The notes under the pieces are model-generated. The model made no database searches and was not told where the DNA came from. It was given only the letters and a program-made list of their open reading frames with translations. This document shows positions 58,512 to 64,000 of a stretch of 64,000 nucleotides of DNA, piece after piece. The stretch is from an uncultured virus (IMG/VR IMGVR_UViG_2788500588_000003) (Duplodnaviria > Heunggongvirae > Uroviricota > Caudoviricetes), in IMG/VR virus record IMGVR_UViG_2788500588_000003; one strand, written 5' to 3'. Each line of letters begins with the position of its first letter. Position 1 is the stretch's first letter. Both the position numbers and the translations under genes were made by a program.

Positions 58512-58650
58512 TAGGTTTGCCCTCCTAAGTGTGTTATAATGCTTGTACCAGATTGTCTTAAAAGGGCATGTACCAATTCGAGCTGTAGCGTCTGCAAACG
58601 CTGCGGCTTTTTTATTTACTGCGTATATTCCTCATATTGTGCAGTAACCT

Positions 58651-59892
58651 CTATACTCCAACTGCATAACGACTGCTACCTGCACACATTTCAGGTAAAT
58701 TAGCTCTCACTAATGCGTCAGCAAAGGGTGGCGGCACGCTATTTCCTACCCTCTTAATCTGCTCTACTTTCTTACCTGGGTGCTGATAGTTACTTGGAAA
58801 GCCTTGTCCAGCAAATAACTCATGCGGTTGTAACATACGTAATCCGATGTCAATAACATGGTAGCCATTAGTGCGAACTGCTGTTAATGCGAAACGATCT
58901 TTAGTAGTGATTGTATGCAAAGGTTCACTTAGTCCCTGTGCTGTGCTTTGTCCGTAATATTTGGTTAAAAAAGCTGTCACAAGTCCAAATCTATTACCAC
59001 CAGCTGTGATTGTGTGAAGTGGTGTGTTTAATGACAATCCTCTAACCTCTTTTTCTGATTGCTCAGTATAATAACTGATTAAAAAGGCTGCTTTATGTTC
59101 ATCTGGAACCATAAAGGGCTTTTTTGCATCAATTACAAAGCGCTGCAAACCCTTTTCAATACGTTTTAGGGTGTTTGGTACTAGTGGTTTCTTTCTTTCA
59201 AATATAGATGGTGCGCCTATACTCCAATCAATTATTTCACTTGCTGTACGCCAAGGTTTTAATCTTCCTAATTGCACAGCTGGCGATTGAGGATCTCCGT
59301 GTGTTGGATTTGGCCATTCGATAGCTTTACCATCACATCTAGCAATCATAAAAAATCGCTTACGAATAGTAGGTGCACCATAATCACATGCATGCAATTC
59401 CCTAAAATCTACCTCGTAGCCTAATGACTCAAGTGCTTTCACAAAACTTTGAAATGTTTTCCCCTTCAATTCCTTAATAGGTTTACCATTTTCTATTGGT
59501 CCCCAATCTTTAAATTCCTCTACATTTTCCAACATGATTACTCTAGGCTTAACTGCTAATGCCCACCTAACAGTAACCCACGCAAGACCTCTTATTTCTT
59601 GTTTAACTGGTGTGCCACCTTTTGCTTTTGAATGGTGAGTACAATCTGGACTAAACCAAGCAAGCCCTACTTTACGACCTCTACATGCTTCTTTAGGGTC
59701 TACATCCCAAACCGATTCACAATAATGCTCTGTATCTGGATGATTTAACTTGTGCATCTCAATAGCAGCAGGATCATGATTAATTGCAATATCTACGCTC
59801 ATTCCTGTTGCCATTTCAATACCTGTACTTGCTCCTCCACCACCAGCGAAATTGTCTACAATTATTTCTCTAAATAAGCTTAATTGCTTCAC
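58651..59892 (-). CDS. DNA cytosine-C5 methyltransferase
   Basis: FAGGGG, SPDC, ENV, R.RFF and GNSV motifs. Confidence 0.95.
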   Translation of the reverse strand: MKQLSLFREIIVDNFAGGGGASTGIEMATGMSVDIAINHDPAAIEMHKLNHPDTEHYCESVWDVDPKEACRGRKVGLAWFSPDCTHHSKAKGGTPVKQEIRGLAWVTVRWALAVKPRVIMLENVEEFKDWGPIENGKPIKELKGKTFQSFVKALESLGYEVDFRELHACDYGAPTIRKRFFMIARCDGKAIEWPNPTHGDPQSPAVQLGRLKPWRTASEIIDWSIGAPSIFERKKPLVPNTLKRIEKGLQRFVIDAKKPFMVPDEHKAAFLISYYTEQSEKEVRGLSLNTPLHTITAGGNRFGLVTAFLTKYYGQSTAQGLSEPLHTITTKDRFALTAVRTNGYHVIDIGLRMLQPHELFAGQGFPSNYQHPGKKVEQIKRVGNSVPPPFADALVRANLPEMCAGSSRYAVGV

Positions 59893-59931
59893 ATTAGCTA
59901 CCTCCTTTACTGCACAATATCTTTCAAATAC

Positions 59932-60150
59932 TCACCTAGCCCACCTACGCAAAAGACTAATCTGCTCAAGCTCTTTTCCGATGCTCCTTAGTTCTCTATA
60001 AACCTTGCATCCTCTGCATTTCTTACTTGGATCATAAGCTTTTCGCTTCGGACACCCTTTGCATTTGAGAAAAGCTATGTGGTCCTGCTGATTGATTAGC
60101 CTGGCTCTGCGTTGTTTAACTTCCTTGCGAACCGCGTTCACTTCCAGCAC
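59932..60150 (-). CDS. Small zinc-finger protein
   Basis: CKGC...CRGC.V..EL..IG. Confidence 0.65.
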   Translation of the reverse strand: MLEVNAVRKEVKQRRARLINQQDHIAFLKCKGCPKRKAYDPSKKCRGCKVYRELRSIGKELEQISLLRRWAR

Positions 60151-60563
60151 CCTACTTTAGCCTCTTTACGTGTTTTCCTAGCCTTTTTAAGTTCATCATG
60201 AGTAATCCAACCACCATCAATCTTCGAGTACGTTAGAAGCTTTAATTCATGCGGATAACGATATTCAAATAACTTCTTCCTCAATTCAAATTGCTGTGTA
60301 ACCATTCCCTTAATATCAACTACCTCTGTATGGCCATCTGCATAATGAACAGTAAAATCCGCATTGTAACCAATCTCACGATATTTCTTACCGTTCTTTT
60401 CGAACTTGGGCAATAATACAAACCTTGGCTGTAATTCAAAGGCTGTCACAACGCCTTGTGCTTGTTGATGTTTCAAGTAATCGTAATACCTTGCTTCTAT
60501 CGCTGAATCGAATGTAATTCCATCATGTACGACTTTTTTGTTTCCGTATTTTGCTTTGCTCAT
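60138..60563 (-). CDS. DUF1064 putative endonuclease
   Basis: KYGNKK...DGITFDS..EA, Y.ADF and DIKG motifs. Confidence 0.9.
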   Translation of the reverse strand: MSKAKYGNKKVVHDGITFDSAIEARYYDYLKHQQAQGVVTAFELQPRFVLLPKFEKNGKKYREIGYNADFTVHYADGHTEVVDIKGMVTQQFELRKKLFEYRYPHELKLLTYSKIDGGWITHDELKKARKTRKEAKVGCWK

Positions 60564-60572
60564 GTTTTCCTC

Positions 60573-61394
60573 CTACACAATTCCAAAAAGTGTTTCTTGT
60601 ATATATCCACGCTCAATTATTTGAGGGTTGAGCCACAAACTTTCACATTTTTCTTTTGCAGCTTCAGTTGTGGCCATCTTCGAAATTCTTGTCCAACCTC
60701 GTAAGATGTCATTGTACATATCGCTGTTGTAGCCACTAATCATGGCAAAACCTTGATGCTTATTTAAAGCCAGAAGTAATGTTTCGTGTTGCTCATTTGT
60801 CATTTCATGTGCATAGTGTCGTTTTGTACGTGTGCTTAATAAATACGGCGGATCACTGTAAATCAAACAATCCTCTTTGTTGTAACGGCCTATTAATGTT
60901 GCAGCATCTAAATTTTCAATTTGGACATTTTGTAATCGCTCCGTTGCTTCTAAAACGACATCTGGTAGCTTACGCCAATCAGGTAATGCACTAAATGTTG
61001 TTGAGTCTACATTGTGGCGCCAGCCTGTACGGTCGCTTGTTTTACCTCCACGGGCCATCCAACAACGAACAAGGAATACTCTAGCTCTTTCTAAGTCACT
61101 TAACCGGCCTTGTAATGCCTCAAAAGATGAAATGTATTCTTGTCTTGAATATGGAGTGAGTTGAATATGTTTAGCTAGCTGTTCCGGTTGTTCTCGAATG
61201 ACTTTGAATAGATTCACGATATTGCCATCAATGTCGTTCACTGTTTCTATTTTTGAGGGTTGCTTGTTGAATAACACGGCACCACTACCAAAGTGAGTTT
61301 CAAGATACACATTGTGCTCTGGCATTTGACTTACTATCCATTCTGCTAAGTTCCACTTGCTACCCACGTAATTTAGAATTCTTTTCATGTTCAT
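60573..61394 (-). CDS. DNA adenine methyltransferase (Dam/D12 class)
   Basis: Y.GSK, FGSGAV, ETVND and DPPY motifs. Confidence 0.92.
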   Translation of the reverse strand: MNMKRILNYVGSKWNLAEWIVSQMPEHNVYLETHFGSGAVLFNKQPSKIETVNDIDGNIVNLFKVIREQPEQLAKHIQLTPYSRQEYISSFEALQGRLSDLERARVFLVRCWMARGGKTSDRTGWRHNVDSTTFSALPDWRKLPDVVLEATERLQNVQIENLDAATLIGRYNKEDCLIYSDPPYLLSTRTKRHYAHEMTNEQHETLLLALNKHQGFAMISGYNSDMYNDILRGWTRISKMATTEAAKEKCESLWLNPQIIERGYIQETLFGIV

Positions 61395-61671
61395 TCACCT
61401 TCCTCGTAATCATACTCTCCGCATACTTCCTACAAGCTTTATATTTAAGCCTCATATCAGGTCCGTATCCGTTACCAGTCCTTTGCAGAGAACATTTATA
61501 CCAATGTGTTTTGGAGTCACGTTCATGTTGTTTTTTCTCCAAGTAGTAACATGTTTTACATGTTGCATTCTCTGGTCCATAACCATATTTACGACACATA
61601 CCATTGGGTTCGATTTGTTTATTCTGCGGTGGTTCCTCTGGTAATCCTAGGTCAAATTCGATTTGCTCCAT
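61360..61671 (-). CDS. Cys-rich hypothetical phage protein
   Basis: GPENATCKTC...WYKC...AC.KY. Confidence 0.7.
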   Translation of the reverse strand: MEQIEFDLGLPEEPPQNKQIEPNGMCRKYGYGPENATCKTCYYLEKKQHERDSKTHWYKCSLQRTGNGYGPDMRLKYKACRKYAESMITRKVNEHEKNSKLRG

Positions 61672-61696
61672 CAGCTCACCTCAATCCCGTTATTCC

Positions 61697-62203
61697 TTAA
61701 AATGGTAAATCATCCTCACTAACCTCAATCGGTCCCTTACTATTAGCAAATGGATCTTCATCCACTCTCGTATAACTTGGCTGGTTATTATTACCGCCAT
61801 AATTGCCCTGTGGTGGATTTTGATTCGTTCCACCTGTATTTGTACTAGATTGATAGTTTGGTGTGCTCTGTGCGCCTCCTGTGCTGTTTCTTGGCTCTAA
61901 GAATTGGATGCTGTCTGTTACAACGTCTGTTGTAAAAACACGCTTACCATCCTGCCCCTCATAGCTGCCTGTTTGGATTCGCCCTTCCAAACCTATTAAA
62001 TTACCTTTCTTCATGAAGTTGGCTAGATTCTCAGCTTGTTTACGCCATGCCATACAAGGGATGAAATCTGCCTGTTGCTCCCCTTCATTTTTGAATGGTC
62101 TGTTAACTGCCACTGTGAAGCGACATGATGCAATTCCGTTCGGTGTGTAGCGTAATTCAGGATCTTTTGTAAGTCGGCCAACTAAAACGACTCGGTTAAT
62201 CAT
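61697..62203 (-). CDS. ssb: Single-stranded DNA-binding protein
   Basis: [20 protein letters not shown]...DDLPF. Confidence 0.97.
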   Translation of the reverse strand: MINRVVLVGRLTKDPELRYTPNGIASCRFTVAVNRPFKNEGEQQADFIPCMAWRKQAENLANFMKKGNLIGLEGRIQTGSYEGQDGKRVFTTDVVTDSIQFLEPRNSTGGAQSTPNYQSSTNTGGTNQNPPQGNYGGNNNQPSYTRVDEDPFANSKGPIEVSEDDLPF

Positions 62204-62604
62204 GCTGTTACCCCCAATAGGTGCTTGTGTTCATAGATGTTGCCAATGACTTCGCCATCATCTAAATACAGCAAATGCAAGCCCATTAAGCAGTCATTTT
62301 CGCCTCTGAAGAACTGAAACATCCCACCGTAATACTTAACAAGTAGATTTTCTGGTAATACTCCTGAAGTTTCATAAGTTAGTTTATTTACTCTTACAAT
62401 GTCCCCCTCATAAATCTCCTTGCTGTTTGCGTCCTTTAAGCCTGTGTACTGCATATACTGCAATCCGTGGTCATCCTCATTCAGAATAATGTTTACAGCC
62501 CTTACTGGATTGCAATTGTATTCGACATGCCCATATAATTCGTTTGAATACACCATGATTTTTAATTCAGAATCCCACGCCCGAAACTTAATCTCTCTAC
62601 TCAT
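62200..62604 (-). CDS. YopX family protein
   Basis: REIKFRAWD...MQYTGLKD...EIYEGDIV...EVIGNIYE. Confidence 0.95.
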   Translation of the reverse strand: MSREIKFRAWDSELKIMVYSNELYGHVEYNCNPVRAVNIILNEDDHGLQYMQYTGLKDANSKEIYEGDIVRVNKLTYETSGVLPENLLVKYYGGMFQFFRGENDCLMGLHLLYLDDGEVIGNIYEHKHLLGVTA

Positions 62605-62789
62605 GCAGCCATAGCCCCTTCCATTTTCATAATGAGATAATCCGTAGCCTCTTCGGCATCTTTCAAACCAACTAGGACCCTCAATTGCTCCAAACGGTTA
62701 TATGCCATAGTTTCGTTTTGTTTGCCTCCAAAGCACTGGAACTGCCCTAAATACAGGATGATCTGGTCGATTAGGAATTGTTCATTCAT
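62601..62789 (-). CDS. Hypothetical phage protein
   Basis: MNEQFLIDQII..., overlapping neighbours. Confidence 0.65.
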   Translation of the reverse strand: MNEQFLIDQIILYLGQFQCFGGKQNETMAYNRLEQLRVLVGLKDAEEATDYLIMKMEGAMAA

Positions 62790-62994
62790 GAGCTTCACCA
62801 CCCAAAGCTTCTCGAGCAATTTTGTAAGCTGGTGTTTCCCAACCTTCCATGATAGGTGCTTCAACTTCCATGACTTTTTCTAGTGCTTTACGAAGTCGTT
62901 CAATTTCCTCTTTCTGTTTTTCTAGATTTATAGCAATCATTGCTAATTCGATACCCGATAACTCTCTAGCTTCAGGTAGTGGTTTTTTCTTCAT
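62782..62994 (-). CDS. Hypothetical phage protein
   Basis: EIERLRKALE...IAREALGG. Confidence 0.7.
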   Translation of the reverse strand: MKKKPLPEARELSGIELAMIAINLEKQKEEIERLRKALEKVMEVEAPIMEGWETPAYKIAREALGGEAHE

Positions 62995-62997
62995 CCC

Positions 62998-63183
62998 TCA
63001 TTCACTCCCCACTAATTTGTTAAAAGCCTCACGGTTGCCAGTTTCCAAAGCTATGTCGATGGCATTTGCGATGTTAAACGCTTCAATTTCGCTCATAAGC
63101 TTGTCCATTTCTCTTTCAAGTTGCTCTCTGTGAAGTTCATTAGCTGCCTTTGCTACATCGTTTACAAGCTTCCAAAAGTCCAT
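62998..63183 (-). CDS. IDEAL-domain-like small protein
   Basis: IDIALETGNREAF..LV. Confidence 0.7.
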   Translation of the reverse strand: MDFWKLVNDVAKAANELHREQLEREMDKLMSEIEAFNIANAIDIALETGNREAFNKLVGSE

Positions 63184-63198
63184 CCCAAGACCTCCACT

Positions 63199-63384
63199 TC
63201 ATTCAAATAGTTGAAAACTAATGATTACAACCGATTTATCAGGAAAATAATTTTTTCGTTCAAGATTTCTACCTTCCTCAACAATGTCGCCAATGTTTTG
63301 AATCGGTGTTGTTCGTCTTATCTCTGCATTAGCAAAGCCAGTATTATGAGAAAACGATACAAAGTATCGATATTTTTTATCCAT
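63199..63384 (-). CDS. Hypothetical phage protein
   Basis: YFVSFSH..GF.N.EI...VVIISFQ. Confidence 0.65.
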   Translation of the reverse strand: MDKKYRYFVSFSHNTGFANAEIRRTTPIQNIGDIVEEGRNLERKNYFPDKSVVIISFQLFE

Positions 63385-63416
63385 CCCTTCACCCTCCATC
63401 AAGGGGCTGTTGCCCC

Positions 63417-64000
63417 TCACTGATTTAAAATTGCATTGAATTTACTCAAGCGACCTTTAGCGATTTCTCTACGAAAACTAGTAGCCTCATTTTTAACTGG
63501 TTGCGACATTTCGATTAATCTATCAGGTATCCTCTTGCCTATTTGCTCTGGTAAATCTTTTGGATTGAGATTTGATGTTGCTAGAATAGGTTTTTTTCTA
63601 CGACTACGGCCGTCAAATATTTGGAACATAGTTTCTAGCACCCAATCACTTATTTTTTCTGCCCCTAAGTCGTCGATAATCAACAAGTCACATATCATCA
63701 ATGCTTTCATAATCTGCTGTTCACTCTCGTTATTGTCGCGATTGAAAGTAGCTTTGATTTTGCTTAGTAACTCCGGCATGGATATGAAAACTATTACCTT
63801 ACCTTGAGCAGTTAAATAATTGTGTACTGCTGCAGCTAAATGGGTTTTACCATTCCCTACATCGCCCCACAACAAGAGAGATTCAGCGCCAAATTCTTCG
63901 AAATGTTCAGCGTAATATTTAGCTGCCTTAAAAGCTTTTTCAGATCCTTGCCGCATAAGGAAGTTTTCAAAACTAGCATTCAAGTATTTATCACCAATAT
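63417..64000 (-). CDS. DnaC/IstB-like helicase loader ATPase (5' end outside window)
   Basis: GDVGNGKTHLA Walker A, LLIIDDLGAE, TSNL. Confidence 0.93.
   Translation of the reverse strand, partial: IGDKYLNASFENFLMRQGSEKAFKAAKYYAEHFEEFGAESLLLWGDVGNGKTHLAAAVHNYLTAQGKVIVFISMPELLSKIKATFNRDNNESEQQIMKALMICDLLIIDDLGAEKISDWVLETMFQIFDGRSRRKKPILATSNLNPKDLPEQIGKRIPDRLIEMSQPVKNEATSFRREIAKGRLSKFNAILNQ

Larger units (their letters stand above)
20955..64000. mobile_element. Siphovirus-type prophage (extends beyond window)
   Basis: Replication, methylase, terminase, portal, head, non-contractile tail and lysis genes on the minus strand, with accessory cargo up to the tRNA fragment. Confidence 0.9.

Noticed and set aside
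1..64000. CRISPR array, diversity-generating retroelement, retron or IS element
   Set aside because: No regularly spaced repeat-spacer array, reverse transcriptase motifs or transposase seen

Overview
Low-GC Bacillales DNA (gene style suggests Lysinibacillus; this is inference) holding two adjacent phage-derived elements separated by the 3' half of a tRNA-Arg(TCT) gene (20911-20954, an att site). (A) ~0.8-20.8 kb: a PBSX/Xkd-type contractile-tail locus with lysis, tail fibre, baseplate, tape measure, tube and sheath genes but no capsid, portal or terminase. It keeps an intact late activator and repressor/Cro/ImmA switch, while its replication gene is frameshifted and its integrase is decayed. 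This looks like a prophage being domesticated into an R-type tailocin. (B) ~21-64 kb, continuing past the window: a siphovirus-type prophage (replication, two methylases, late activator, terminase, SPP1-type portal, head, tail, lysis) with ~12 kb of accessory cargo at its att-proximal end and several morons. The most notable unexplained signals are: a structured late-leader RNA with compensatory base changes shared by both elements; a tripartite cassette (beta-sandwich protein, repeat protein, MazF-like protein); a three-gene operon with a cis-antisense sRNA in its leader; and a small type-I-toxin-like three-gene module. All family calls come from motif recognition by eye; no searches were run.
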